From the NCBI RefSeq assembly GCF_000148385.1, contig NC_014537.1:2220001-2252000 (forward strand): DNA of 32,000 nucleotides, in the 5' to 3' direction. The translations under genes were made by a program, and so were the position numbers. This DNA comes from Vulcanisaeta distributa DSM 14429. GTDB lineage: Archaea > Thermoproteota > Thermoprotei > Thermoproteales > Thermocladiaceae. The notes beneath the pieces are model-generated. The model saw only the letters and a list, made by a program, of their open reading frames with translations, searched no databases and was not told where the DNA came from. Shown piece by piece: positions 1-9,485 of this stretch. Positions within the stretch are counted from its first letter, which is position 1; each line of letters begins with the position of its first letter.

Positions 1-2
1 TA

Positions 3-968
3 GGGCTTGATGGATTAAGGGGTTTGATCCTCATCGGCCCTCACTTCGGTAAGCACTTAATTGAGAAGATTGAATGCAGGATTTGCGATGTTGAGGAGGT
101 TGATGAAATAAGTCCTGAGAGAATTATCGAATTATCGAATAGGTACGCCCACGTCACTGATTACATAATAGCCCTTGGTGGTGGTAGGATAATTGATTTC
201 GGTAAGGCCATGGCTTACATGATGAATGTACCCTACGTATCAATACCAACGATAGCGTCTCACGACGGTATAGCAAGCCCGTACGTATCACACGTACTTC
301 AACTTGACCTTAATAAGCATGGGGTTGGTAAGGTTCAGAGGTCTCCAATAGCCATCATTGCTGACACGTCGATAATACTCGAGGCGCCAAGGAGGTACTT
401 ACTAGCCGGTATTGGTGAGTTAGTTGGTAAGTTAATAGCTGTTAAGGATTGGGAATTAGCCGTCAGGGTTAAGGGTGAGGAGTTCAGTGAGTATGCGGCG
501 GCCCTCGCCAAGGATAGCGCATTGATAGTCCTTAGGAATAGGGATAGGTTGAAGGTTCATAATGAGGAGAGCGTTAGGATAGTAGTAAAGGCGTTGCTGG
601 GTTGTGGAGTCGCTATGGCCATTGCCGGTAGCTCAAGGCCATGTAGCGGTTCCGAGCATTTATTTAGCCACGCGATAGACCTGTTGGCGAGGGAAAGGGG
701 GTTCAGACCTGCACTGCATGGTGAGCAGGTGGCGCTCGGCGCGATAATGATGGCTTACCTACACGGCATGAGGTGGAGGAGGATAAGGTCATTCCTTCAG
801 AGCCTGAACATTCCAGTCACGGCTAAGGAACTCGGTCTCGATAGGGAAATAATAATTGAGGCGTTGACAATAGCGCATAATGTTAGGCCCGATAGATTCA
901 CCATATTGGGGGCTGGCTTAACGCGTAAGGCTGCTGAAAACCTCGTTGAGATTACGGGCGTTGCCTAA
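3..968 (+). CDS. egsA: glycerol-1-phosphate dehydrogenase [NAD(P)+]; 5' end cut by window edge
   Basis: The frame is open from the window edge. It has the glycine-rich nucleotide loop ALGGGRIIDFGK and metal-ligand His motifs (GSEHLFSHAID, LHGEQVALG), typical of archaeal G1P dehydrogenase in the iron-ADH/DHQS-like superfamily. About 320 of roughly 350 expected residues are visible. Confidence 0.85.
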   Translation, partial: GLDGLRGLILIGPHFGKHLIEKIECRICDVEEVDEISPERIIELSNRYAHVTDYIIALGGGRIIDFGKAMAYMMNVPYVSIPTIASHDGIASPYVSHVLQLDLNKHGVGKVQRSPIAIIADTSIILEAPRRYLLAGIGELVGKLIAVKDWELAVRVKGEEFSEYAAALAKDSALIVLRNRDRLKVHNEESVRIVVKALLGCGVAMAIAGSSRPCSGSEHLFSHAIDLLARERGFRPALHGEQVALGAIMMAYLHGMRWRRIRSFLQSLNIPVTAKELGLDREIIIEALTIAHNVRPDRFTILGAGLTRKAAENLVEITGVA

Positions 969-974
969 TGCGGA

Positions 975-1904
975 CTAAATGACCCTAATTAATACGTAGC
1001 CAAACACGAGGCCGATAATTATCGATACTATGAAGCCAAGTATTAACTCATTGAAGTACTTCAGGTTTATTATCCTAAACCTATGCGCTGCCCCGACACC
1101 CACTAGACCGAAGGACGTGGTTACCGTGACGGGCATCGGCACCGAGTATATGGTCCCGATCTCCATGGCAATGAACGAGAATAGCTGAACGGTGAAGCTG
1201 GTTAACGGCCCCAACGTGAATAGACCAGTGCTGAGTCTATACAGTGTTCTCCAACCAATTAGTAATACGCCAAGTATTGAACTAATGATTATTAGCAACA
1301 GCCCCTTATAACTAAAGTTTAGTAGTGCCCATAGTAATCCAAGGTTATTTGCACCGAAGGAGAAGGATAGCAGGAAGACTGTGAGTATGGATAATACGCG
1401 GTAAATGCCCACGTACCTAAACGACAACCTCGAAAGGGCACCCAAGGATTTATAGAGAATGTATGAAAGTAACATTACGATTATGGGCAGGGACAACCAG
1501 TAACCAAGTACGAAGACCGCATTCCCCATCATGCGCCCCAACGCCAGTGAAGCGCCAACCAGGCTTGCGTATAGGGAGCCTGTTAGTGACATTGGAACCC
1601 TCATGCTCTCGCCAACTATGAATATCACTATGGTAACAGCCATGGCCACCATGGCAACGTCACCACTCACCACATTAGCCCTCATGTAAGTACCCTGCAG
1701 CCATAACCCAAGTATATAACCAAGTAATGCAATTATTACGGCATATTTATAATCAATTGACCTGGAGCCAACGGCAGCGCCAGCGTTAGCTGATAGGTTA
1801 TTCCCAGAGACTAGGAATGACAATAAAAATGCCAGCGCGTAATTTATGACCAGGGTATACGCCATATTAGGCAGGTGTGATAATTTAATAACTTTTAAAC
1901 CCAA
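975..1904 (-). CDS. PiT/PHO4-family inorganic ion (phosphate) transporter-like membrane protein
   Basis: Polytopic hydrophobic 309-aa ORF. Each half carries a PiT-like signature (VSGNNLSANAGAAVGS and FSFGANNLGLLWA, compare GANDVANA). The true start may be the internal Met at 1865. Confidence 0.6.
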   Translation of the reverse strand: MGLKVIKLSHLPNMAYTLVINYALAFLLSFLVSGNNLSANAGAAVGSRSIDYKYAVIIALLGYILGLWLQGTYMRANVVSGDVAMVAMAVTIVIFIVGESMRVPMSLTGSLYASLVGASLALGRMMGNAVFVLGYWLSLPIIVMLLSYILYKSLGALSRLSFRYVGIYRVLSILTVFLLSFSFGANNLGLLWALLNFSYKGLLLIIISSILGVLLIGWRTLYRLSTGLFTLGPLTSFTVQLFSFIAMEIGTIYSVPMPVTVTTSFGLVGVGAAHRFRIINLKYFNELILGFIVSIIIGLVFGYVLIRVI

Positions 1905-1916
1905 CCCACGTATTTA

Positions 1917-2702
1917 TCATCGCCTCAAATCATTAATTATTAACTCAGCAACCCTCTTACCACTCATTATCATTGAACCGAATATAGGCCCCATCCTCGG
2001 TAATCCATACACGGCAGCAACTGCCATACCAGTCACGTAAAGCCCCTCCATAACCCTACCCGTATACTTAACAACCAAGTCCTCAGCAACCGAGGCATGT
2101 GCCGACTTCTCGCCATGAATTGCCAAGCCAAGGTCTGGGTTCTTCCTTGTAGTCACGGCAGCTACCTCGGCATCATGGCCTGTGGCATCGACCACGGCCT
2201 TAGCCTCTATGAAGAATGGATCTGTATGAACGCCCGCCATTTGCACCGTTGACCAGTAGACCGCGAGACCAGCAACCCTGGGCGGATTATCCCTAATTAT
2301 CACATCATCTACATGAACGCCCAGGAGGAATTTAGCGCCTGCATCGATTGCCCTAACCGCAAGCTTTGCTATCATTTCGGCGGGGTCCACCGCGAACAAC
2401 CCATCACCCATGTCCTGAAGCCTAACACCAAAGTCCTTACTCAGTATATCGGAGGCTGGGTACTCAACCACTATGCTAGGTAAATGACTGGCGGCACCAC
2501 CAATACCACCACCGAAGGAGAACCTCCTCTCCAGCACAATGGTCTTTAAGCCCGCCTTAGCCAGGTAATAAGCCGCGGTCATGCCTGACGGGCCGGCACC
2601 GACAATTGCAACATCAACGCTTGAGTACTCATCAAGCATCTTCAAGGCGCTCCTCATTATTGCACGGGTAATGCTCGACTCCGAAATATATATGCCCGCC
2701 AT
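1917..2702 (-). CDS. thi4: thiazole synthase Thi4 (thiamine thiazole moiety biosynthesis)
   Basis: Contains the FAD GxGxxG motif (VAIVGAGPSGMTAAYYL) plus the VDATGHDAEV and GLPRMGPIFGSMIMSGK motifs characteristic of Thi4/THI1. Length is 261 aa. Confidence 0.9.
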   Translation of the reverse strand: MAGIYISESSITRAIMRSALKMLDEYSSVDVAIVGAGPSGMTAAYYLAKAGLKTIVLERRFSFGGGIGGAASHLPSIVVEYPASDILSKDFGVRLQDMGDGLFAVDPAEMIAKLAVRAIDAGAKFLLGVHVDDVIIRDNPPRVAGLAVYWSTVQMAGVHTDPFFIEAKAVVDATGHDAEVAAVTTRKNPDLGLAIHGEKSAHASVAEDLVVKYTGRVMEGLYVTGMAVAAVYGLPRMGPIFGSMIMSGKRVAELIINDLRR

Positions 2703-2813
2703 GTAATCACCAGGTTATTGAGCATTAATAAACAAGTTATAAACATTATGCCAAAAACTAGACAAAGCGGTTAACGGCTGTACCTTTTAAACTTTGATTC
2801 AGGAATTAATCCA

Positions 2814-3026
2814 ATGCCATTCATACTAAATAATGCGCAGGGACAATTAAGGTGCTCAAACTGCGGAAGGATAATAATTGGTCAGCCAATAGTAGTTAAG
2901 ACATGCTGTGTAAATAAGCCATGGGTTTTCTGCTCCGAGGAATGCTATAATGAATTCCTAAGAAGGTGGGTAAGGAATCAGGAACCACATAAGGGAAGGA
3001 GTTCATTAAGGAGAGATGTGTTGTAA
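2814..3026 (+). CDS. small TRASH-type cysteine-rich metal-binding protein
   Basis: The pattern C-x2-C-x22-C-x3-C (CSNC...FCSEEC) matches the TRASH-domain spacing C-x2-C-x19-22-C-x3-C. The ORF is 70 aa. Confidence 0.5.
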   Translation: MPFILNNAQGQLRCSNCGRIIIGQPIVVKTCCVNKPWVFCSEECYNEFLRRWVRNQEPHKGRSSLRRDVL

Positions 3027-3076
3027 AAATTAATCTGTCTTTTTAAGATTCAATTAAGCTAAATCACCAGGGATAA

Positions 3077-3487
3077 TCACTTAATGTCCTCTTCATTGGC
3101 TGCGTTCCTCAACTGCTCAATAAGCGTATCTATTGGGGTACCTGGCTCAACAAAGAATAATTGGATACCCATTGACGTAAAATACTCGTAACTTGTCTCA
3201 CAAGCCCCACTGGCTATTACCGCGTCAACATCCCTTAATACATTCTCATGAAGCCATTGATATTTAACGATACCATGCATTGGGATCCCTAACCTAGACA
3301 GCGCCTCATGAATCACGGTCGGATCATCAGTATCCGGGATATTACCAAGGGGGTTATCCCTACTTTCCACGAGCTTGATATCCTTAGTGTCCTCATTAAG
3401 TTCATATATTATGTATTTCTTAGCATGTGCAAAGTGACCATCGCTTATTGACTTCCCATCATCCGTAGCTATTGCAATCTTTACCAT
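3077..3487 (-). CDS. NifB/NifX-family (dinitrogenase FeMo-cofactor-binding domain-like) protein
   Basis: The N-terminus MVKIAIATDDGKSISDGHFAHAKKYIIYEL and C-terminal DAVIASGACETSYEYFTSMGIQ resemble the NifX/NifB C-terminal domain family. I chose the start at Met17 of the tracked ORF (3487) because that is where family-like sequence begins. Confidence 0.6.
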   Translation of the reverse strand: MVKIAIATDDGKSISDGHFAHAKKYIIYELNEDTKDIKLVESRDNPLGNIPDTDDPTVIHEALSRLGIPMHGIVKYQWLHENVLRDVDAVIASGACETSYEYFTSMGIQLFFVEPGTPIDTLIEQLRNAANEEDIK

Positions 3488-3610
3488 ATGACCATGACCA
3501 ATGCGATGCTTAATAAACCACTGCATTAAAGTCAAGCAAAATTAACACATTAAAACAAGCTAAACACTAATGCATCAACTTAAACAGGGTAAGGAAAACT
3601 GAACGCAAAC

Positions 3611-3688
3611 TGGCGCCCCGGCCGGGATTTGAACCCGGGTCTGCGGCTCGACAGGCCGCCATACTAGACCGGGCTATACCACCGGGGC
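3611..3688 (-). tRNA. tRNA-Asp (anticodon GTC), no intron, CCA encoded
   Basis: The reverse complement reads GCCCCGG..GCGGC-CTGTCGA-GCCGC..CCGGGTTCAAATCCCGG-CCGGGGC-G-CCA. The acceptor stem, anticodon stem-loop (GTC at 34-36) and T-arm all pair. Confidence 0.93.
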
Positions 3689-3834
3689 TACGTAGTGATT
3701 GGCTTTATTGAGAATTTAAGTTTTTTGCCCTGATTGTTTATTGGTGCTGTGTTAGGAGGTTTCTTAATGGTTATTATGAGTTTAAGTGTGGTGTTGAGTC
3801 TGTATTTCCTGTCTAATTATTGACTGAGTAAACG

Positions 3835-3843
3835 CTTTAAATT
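3835..3843 (+). promoter_or_regulatory. TATA-like box upstream of thioredoxin gene
   Basis: CTTTAAATT lies about 25 nt upstream of the ATG at 3864. The spacing fits a leaderless archaeal promoter. Confidence 0.4.
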
Positions 3844-3863
3844 GGCAGTTTCCCGCCTTAGGT

Positions 3864-4289
3864 ATGGCGGCGAGTAATATGAACAGTAATATGGGTGATA
3901 AGGAGGATGAGGAGTTGAGCAAGTTATTGGAGAAGAAGGCTAGGGAGTTAGCTAAGGCTGTGGGTAATGAGCCTGTTGAGTTGAGTGGGGATAATTTTGA
4001 TGATTTCATAAGGAGTAAGAGGGTTGTGGTTGTTGATTTCTGGGCGCCCTGGTGTGCGCCGTGTTTTCTACTTGAGCCGATCTTAAAGGCGCTGGCTAAG
4101 GAGATGCCGTGTGTTGGTTTTGGTAGGTTGAATACTCAGGAGTGGCCCGACGTTGCTGCTAAGTATGATGTGATGAGCCTACCTACTGTGATAATATTTA
4201 AGGATGGTGAGCCCGCGGATTTCGTGATTGGTGCTGTGCCTAAGAAGATAATTGCTGATAAAATAAGGAGGGTTCTTAACGAGAATTAA
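3864..4289 (+). CDS. trx: thioredoxin
   Basis: Active-site FWAPWCAPC (CxxC) followed by the thioredoxin fold pattern (YDVMSLPTVIIFKDGE). It has an acidic N-terminal extension. Confidence 0.85.
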   Translation: MAASNMNSNMGDKEDEELSKLLEKKARELAKAVGNEPVELSGDNFDDFIRSKRVVVVDFWAPWCAPCFLLEPILKALAKEMPCVGFGRLNTQEWPDVAAKYDVMSLPTVIIFKDGEPADFVIGAVPKKIIADKIRRVLNEN

Positions 4290-4328
4290 AAATCAAAAAT
4301 AGTTTTTACACAGGAAAATAAACTAATT

Positions 4329-5648
4329 TTACTTAATATTCTCCTCCCTCTCCACCTCACCAAGTGACTTATCAAGTACGTCTATTGCCTTATCAATGTG
4401 CTCCTGCTTGACGGTTAATGGCGGCGCAAACCTAATGACGTTGCCATTCCAACCACTGGTCACGAATAGCACGCCCCTCTTCAATGCCCTATTAAGGCAT
4501 ATGTCGCTCGTCTCCTTAGTCGCCGGCTCCTTAGTCTTCCTATTCTTAACTAGTTCAATACCAATCATGAGCCCTAACCCCCTGACCTCACCAATCAGTG
4601 GGTGCTTATCGTAAAGCTCCATCAATCTCTTCATTGCATACTCACCCATCCTCTTGGCATTGCTTAACAGCTCCTCCTTATGCATGTTGTAGTAATCAAC
4701 GGTTGCCTTAACGGCGGCCATAATTAACGCCGAGGCTCCAAAGGTCGAGTGTTCATCATTCAACTGCATTGCAGAGGCAATCTCCTTCCTAGTCACGACG
4801 GCTGATGCTGGCAATCCACCAGTCATGCCCTTAGCCGCAACAACTATGTCAGGCTTAACGTTGAATTGCTCGAAGGCCCAGGTGGTGCCTGTCCTACCCA
4901 TGCCACTCTGGACCTCATCAAATATTAGCAATATGCCGTATGTATCGAGGACCCTCTTCAGCCTCTCGAAAAAGTCCTTCGGTGGTACCACGATACCGCC
5001 AACACCCTGTATAGGCTCAGTGACTAGGCAACACACGTCCTTAATGGCCACGTAATTAATGTAATACTCGATGGTTTCGACGGCAGCCTTACCACACTCC
5101 TCTGGCGGCATGTCACCAAATGGACACCTATATGGGTATGGGAATGGCGCTATTAACGTGCCTGGCGGTAATGGCCCATACTCCTTCCTCCTCATTCCAT
5201 GGTATGAACCAGTTAGGTATGTCCTACCGTGATAACCACCCATTAGGTACATCACGTACGTATTCTTTGTGTACCTCTTTGCAATCTTAAGCGCCAACTC
5301 GATGCCCTCAGAGCCACTTAGCTTGAAGTGGACCTTATTATACATGTTCCTGTCGGGGAATAGGCTTAACACGGCCTTTGCCGCATTAAGTAATTCCTCC
5401 GTGTACCAGTTATAGCCATTGCCAGCAATTAATCGCTTTGCAGTCTCAGTGATCGCGTCGGCAAGTCCCGGCGGGTTATGACCGAGTAGTGCGGTGGTTA
5501 CTACGGTCATGAAGTCCAGGTAGGCATTTCCATCAACATCATAAACGTAGATATCGCGGGCCTCCCTAACAACAATCCTGTGGGTTGGGTATAAGTTCGT
5601 CATTAGATATTCATCTAGCTCCTTAAGAATTTCCTCAGTCCTTCCCAT
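4329..5648 (-). CDS. class-III pyridoxal-phosphate aminotransferase (acetylornithine/4-aminobutyrate aminotransferase family)
   Basis: Motifs SGSEGIELALKIA, FDEVQSGMGRTG and the PLP-lysine region AAKGMTGGLP. Length is 439 aa. Substrate cannot be assigned from sequence alone. Confidence 0.85.
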   Translation of the reverse strand: MGRTEEILKELDEYLMTNLYPTHRIVVREARDIYVYDVDGNAYLDFMTVVTTALLGHNPPGLADAITETAKRLIAGNGYNWYTEELLNAAKAVLSLFPDRNMYNKVHFKLSGSEGIELALKIAKRYTKNTYVMYLMGGYHGRTYLTGSYHGMRRKEYGPLPPGTLIAPFPYPYRCPFGDMPPEECGKAAVETIEYYINYVAIKDVCCLVTEPIQGVGGIVVPPKDFFERLKRVLDTYGILLIFDEVQSGMGRTGTTWAFEQFNVKPDIVVAAKGMTGGLPASAVVTRKEIASAMQLNDEHSTFGASALIMAAVKATVDYYNMHKEELLSNAKRMGEYAMKRLMELYDKHPLIGEVRGLGLMIGIELVKNRKTKEPATKETSDICLNRALKRGVLFVTSGWNGNVIRFAPPLTVKQEHIDKAIDVLDKSLGEVEREENIK

Positions 5649-5835
5649 TAAGTTAATTAAATGCCAGCTCCTTTTAAGTTTAATCTGCTAGTTATCCTTT
5701 CCATAAGGTATATAATATTTTTTCCATAATATCTTCAGTATTTTTGAGAAAAATTTCTTTCAACAGGTATAATCTATAAAAATACATAGACTATTTATTC
5801 ATTTAGAAAGGTTTTTTAAGAATAGGTTGAGATGA

Positions 5836-7305
5836 GTGTCGATTTCTATGGAGGAGCAAAAACAGCAACCTCAGGAGGCTAAGGCGGTCTCTGAAGCATC
5901 ATTAACAATCACGTCACCACTCGATTTATTGTTTAATCCAAGGTCCGTCGCGATAATCGGGGCCACACCTAGGGAGAACAGTGTCGGCGGTGTCATCACG
6001 AAAAACCTACTCACTAAATTTAAGGGTAAAGTTTACCTAGTCAATCCCAAGTATGATGAGGTCAATGGCATTAAGTACTATAAGTCAATACTCGATATTC
6101 AGGACAATATTGACTTAGCGGTCATCGTTGTTCCGGCGCCGGCTGTTCCGAAGGTCGCGGATGAGTGCGCCAGAAAGGGCGTTAAGGTCGCGATAATAAT
6201 CAGCGGTGGTTTCAGTGAAGTTGGTGAGGAGGGCGCTAAGCTTGAGGAGGAGTTGAGGAAGGTTGTTCAAAACCGCATTAGAGTGCTTGGTCCCAACTGC
6301 ATTGGCGTTTACAATGCCTTTAATGGCCTAGACACATTCTTCCTTCCTGAGGATAGGATGGGCAGGCCCAAACCCGGTCCCGTAGCCTTAATTAGCCAAA
6401 GTGGTGCTGTGGCTGGTGCAATCCTTGATTGGGCAGCCAGGAGAAATATAGGCGTTGGGTTAGCTGTAAACTATGGAAATAAGCTCGATATTAATGAGGC
6501 AGAGCTCCTCGAGTACTTTGCTAGGGATAGTAGGGTTAAGGTCATTGTTATGTACATGGAGGGGTTGAAGTACCCTGGGGAGGGGAAGAAATTACTTGAG
6601 GTCATGAAGGAGGTGTCCAGTGTTAAGCCACTAGTAGTTTATAAGGCTGGTAGAACTAGGGCGGCAACGGGCGCCGTCAAGTCTCACACGGCTGCCCTGG
6701 CGGGTAATTACGAAATTTACAGGGCAATGCTAAGGCAGGCCAATGTCATTGAGGCAGATAATCTGACGGATGCTTTCGACATGGCCAAGGCACTGGCCAC
6801 ACAACCACTACCCAGGGGTAACAGGGTGTTGGTTATAACCGATAGTGGTGGTATGGGGATTCAATCCGTGGATGCCCTGGACATGCGTGGACTACAGGTT
6901 CCTGAACTATCCGAAAGCCTTCAGGAAATACTGAGGAAGCAACTACCTCCTTTAGCCGTTACCCGTAACCCAATTGACTTGACGGGTAGTGCCACGGACG
7001 CCATGTACAAGTTCGTCCTAGACACCGTACTACCAACGAGCTATGTCGATATGGCGTTAATAATAGCCTTAATGCAGATACCAGGCCTAACGGCGAACCT
7101 GGGCAATTACATAATCGAGGCTAAGAGATTTAATAAGCCGATAGTTGTCGTTAGCTTTGGCGGTAACGAGTACGTGGCTAAGTTTGAGAGTTACCTGGAG
7201 GAGAATGGAATACCTGTTTACCACGCACCGCATAGGGCTGCTAAGGCGTTGTGGGCGTTATATGAATATTCAAAAATAAAGGGTGCAGCCAAGGAATGGT
7301 GGTGA
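5836..7305 (+). CDS. acdA: acetyl-CoA synthetase (ADP-forming), alpha subunit (CoA-binding/ligase-CoA domains)
   Basis: Shows PRSVAIIGATPRENSVGG (CoA-binding Rossmann), GPNCIGV and ISQSGA motifs of the NDP-forming acyl-CoA synthetase family. The start may be the ATG at 5848 rather than the GTG at 5836. Confidence 0.85.
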   Translation: MSISMEEQKQQPQEAKAVSEASLTITSPLDLLFNPRSVAIIGATPRENSVGGVITKNLLTKFKGKVYLVNPKYDEVNGIKYYKSILDIQDNIDLAVIVVPAPAVPKVADECARKGVKVAIIISGGFSEVGEEGAKLEEELRKVVQNRIRVLGPNCIGVYNAFNGLDTFFLPEDRMGRPKPGPVALISQSGAVAGAILDWAARRNIGVGLAVNYGNKLDINEAELLEYFARDSRVKVIVMYMEGLKYPGEGKKLLEVMKEVSSVKPLVVYKAGRTRAATGAVKSHTAALAGNYEIYRAMLRQANVIEADNLTDAFDMAKALATQPLPRGNRVLVITDSGGMGIQSVDALDMRGLQVPELSESLQEILRKQLPPLAVTRNPIDLTGSATDAMYKFVLDTVLPTSYVDMALIIALMQIPGLTANLGNYIIEAKRFNKPIVVVSFGGNEYVAKFESYLEENGIPVYHAPHRAAKALWALYEYSKIKGAAKEWW

Positions 7306-8009
7306 GGGGTATGAACCCGATAATTGCGAAGGCGCTTGAGGAGGGTAGGTATAAACTGCTTGAGCATGAATCCTTCGAGCTACTTAGGCAGTATAATATA
7401 CCAGTCCCCGACTTTGCGTTGGTTCAGGACGTCAATGATGCTTTGAAGGTTGTTAAGGACATAGGCTATCCAGTGGTATTAAAGGTCGTCTCGCCAGACA
7501 TTATTCATAAGTCGGACGTTGGTGGCGTAATACTAAATATAAGTAATGATGATGAGCTCAGGAGCGCCTGCGAGAGAATTAGGAGTAACATTAAGGAAAA
7601 AGCCCCATACGCCAGGATAAGCGGCTTCCTAGTACAGAGGATGGTGCCCGAGGGATTAGAGACAATAATTGGCGCAACCAAGGACCCAATCTTTGGTCAT
7701 GTAATAGCCTTTGGCCTTGGCGGTGTAATGGTTGAGGTGCTGCAAGACGTGAGTTTCAGGATAGTGCCTATCACAGAGGAGGATGCCAGGGCAATGGTTA
7801 GGGAGATAAAGGGCTATAGGCTCTTTAATGGTTATAGAAACATGCCCGTGAGGGATGAGGAGGCCGTTATCTACATAATAACGAAGTTCTCAGAGCTCTT
7901 ATCTGATAATCCAAACATCGTTGAGGCAGACCTAAACCCAGTCATTGTACTTGAGAGGGGTAAGGGTGCCTACGCGGCTGATGCTAGGTTTATAATTGGG
8001 TCTGTGTGA
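7296..8009 (+). CDS. acdB: acetyl-CoA synthetase (ADP-forming), beta subunit (ATP-grasp domain)
   Basis: ATP-grasp pattern (LLEHESFELLRQYNIPVP, GYPVVLKVVSPDIIHKSDVGGV). Overlaps the alpha-subunit stop by 10 nt. An alternative ATG is at 7311. Confidence 0.85.
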   Translation: MVVRGMNPIIAKALEEGRYKLLEHESFELLRQYNIPVPDFALVQDVNDALKVVKDIGYPVVLKVVSPDIIHKSDVGGVILNISNDDELRSACERIRSNIKEKAPYARISGFLVQRMVPEGLETIIGATKDPIFGHVIAFGLGGVMVEVLQDVSFRIVPITEEDARAMVREIKGYRLFNGYRNMPVRDEEAVIYIITKFSELLSDNPNIVEADLNPVIVLERGKGAYAADARFIIGSV

Positions 8010-8023
8010 GTTCGTGAGTTAGG

Positions 8024-8032
8024 TTTAAAATT
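8024..8032 (+). promoter_or_regulatory. TATA-like box upstream of htpX-like gene
   Basis: TTTAAAATT lies about 28 nt upstream of the ATG at 8057. Confidence 0.4.
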
Positions 8033-8056
8033 GATACCGTGGTTTCTGTCCCTTGT

Positions 8057-9028
8057 ATGAACAAGGCACTACTGGTGTTTAGGTTAAAGATGGCACTCGC
8101 GATAATAGCGATATTACTATTAGGCGCCGCGTTTACATACGGCATCATGACGTGGCTATTCGGCCCAATAAGCGGCGTCGCACTTGTCACTAGTTTAGTC
8201 CTCATGGCATTCTTCCTAACGCTGTTCCAGTGGTTGATTGGTCCATTCCTGATTAATGCCATGTATAGGGCTCATGAGGTTAAGCCTGACGATCCAACCT
8301 ACGGCTGGGTCTATGAAATGGTCGCTGACGTTGCTAGGACCAATGGCTTTAAGGACGTGCCCAAGGTCTACATAGCCGATGTACCATTCCCAAACGCCTT
8401 CGCCTATGGAAGCCCAATAGCTGGTAAGAGGGTTGCAATAACACTGCCCTTACTAAAGATATTGAAGCCCAGCGAGTTAAAGGCTGTTCTTGGTCATGAA
8501 ATTGGGCACTTAAGGCATAGGGATGTGGAGGTGCTAATGGCTATTGGCTTACTGCCCACGGTTATTTACTGGCTTGGTTGGTCGCTATGGTGGGGTGGTT
8601 GGTGGGGTGGTTGGTCCGAGGGTAGGAATAACGGCGGTGGCTTACTACTCCTAATAGGTTTGGCGCTAATTGCTGTTAGCTTTCTATTCCAATTATTCGT
8701 ACTATATATAAATAGGTTGAGGGAGGCCTATGCAGATGTTAATGGTGCGTTGACTGTTGAGAATGGTGCACGTAACCTACAGAGGGCGCTTGCGAAGATA
8801 ACGCTTTACATGGACCCGAACGTTGTGAAGAGGACTACGAATGGTACATTGAGGATGCTCTTCTTCGCACCGCCAGTTAGCACTGAGTATATTGAGAGTA
8901 ATGTTGATGACTTAATAGAGTATTGGAGGCATTATAAGCCATCGATTTGGGAGGAGTTATTCATGACGCATCCACACCCTGCAAAGAGAATACAAATGCT
9001 TGATAGGATCGCCGAGTCTTTGCCGTAA
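8057..9028 (+). CDS. htpX: HtpX-like M48 zinc metalloprotease (membrane)
   Basis: HEIGHLRHRD (HExxH) zinc motif, N-terminal and internal TM helices, and the family-like C-terminal HPHPAKRI. The start is set at ATG 8057 (in frame with tracked ORF 8039) because of TATA spacing. Confidence 0.8.
   Translation: MNKALLVFRLKMALAIIAILLLGAAFTYGIMTWLFGPISGVALVTSLVLMAFFLTLFQWLIGPFLINAMYRAHEVKPDDPTYGWVYEMVADVARTNGFKDVPKVYIADVPFPNAFAYGSPIAGKRVAITLPLLKILKPSELKAVLGHEIGHLRHRDVEVLMAIGLLPTVIYWLGWSLWWGGWWGGWSEGRNNGGGLLLLIGLALIAVSFLFQLFVLYINRLREAYADVNGALTVENGARNLQRALAKITLYMDPNVVKRTTNGTLRMLFFAPPVSTEYIESNVDDLIEYWRHYKPSIWEELFMTHPHPAKRIQMLDRIAESLP
8588..8615 (+). repeat. 12-nt perfect tandem duplication (TGGTGGGGTGGT x2 plus a partial copy) inside htpX-like CDS
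   Basis: Read directly: tggtggggtggt tggtggggtggt tggtc. It encodes WWGGWWGGW in an extramembrane or TM-edge segment. Confidence 0.9.
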
Positions 9029-9076
9029 CCCTCTAATCAAAATAGAAGGAAACCCTCAGTAAAACCCTATTTTATT

Positions 9077-9400
9077 CTAACCCTCCTTCACCGCTGATTG
9101 GAGATAGAGAACCCTATACTTATTCCTCAATTTAATTAATGCGAAGGTGAATATTTGCTCACCATTAACATAGTTACTCGTTGTCGTAACCCTCACGTAC
9201 TTAGCATTGCTAATTTCATTGGTTACATTACCGTCTATATCGAAAAGAACTACATCATTAACACTTAGCCCAATATCTGTTAACGCATCCCTTATGCAAT
9301 CAATGACTAGGGTCTCATCAACATCATAGCACCTACCACCCATGAACTCACTCATCACCCTACTATGTAATTCGTAAACCCTCTTATCCAGTCCGCTCAT
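9077..9400 (-). CDS. hypothetical protein (107 aa)
   Basis: ORF only. No motif recognised. Divergent from 9486..9977. Confidence 0.4.
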   Translation of the reverse strand: MSGLDKRVYELHSRVMSEFMGGRCYDVDETLVIDCIRDALTDIGLSVNDVVLFDIDGNVTNEISNAKYVRVTTTSNYVNGEQIFTFALIKLRNKYRVLYLQSAVKEG

Positions 9401-9485
9401 CTAATCATCGTAGTTACACCACTAAATATACCTTACCTAGGGATTAAACTCGGAGAGTTAGGTAATGCTTATTTTTAGCTGAGCG

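Noticed and set aside
2703-2813. I looked for a TPP riboswitch upstream of thi4, and likewise upstream of thiDN at 28360-28449.
   Set aside because: No CUGAGA / ACCUGA-type conserved cores or suitable helices are visible. These regions look like plain AT-rich promoters.
3770-3835. Possible C/D sRNA between tRNA-Asp and thioredoxin (ATTATGA ... TGACTGA).
   Set aside because: The C box lacks the conserved G at position 3. The internal boxes have wrong spacing, with the C'-like element directly abutting the D box. The region is better explained as promoter and spacer for the trx gene.
3782-4009. A 75-aa minus-strand ORF overlapping the thioredoxin 5' end.
   Set aside because: It is antisense to a confident CDS, Ser/Leu-rich, and has no motif.
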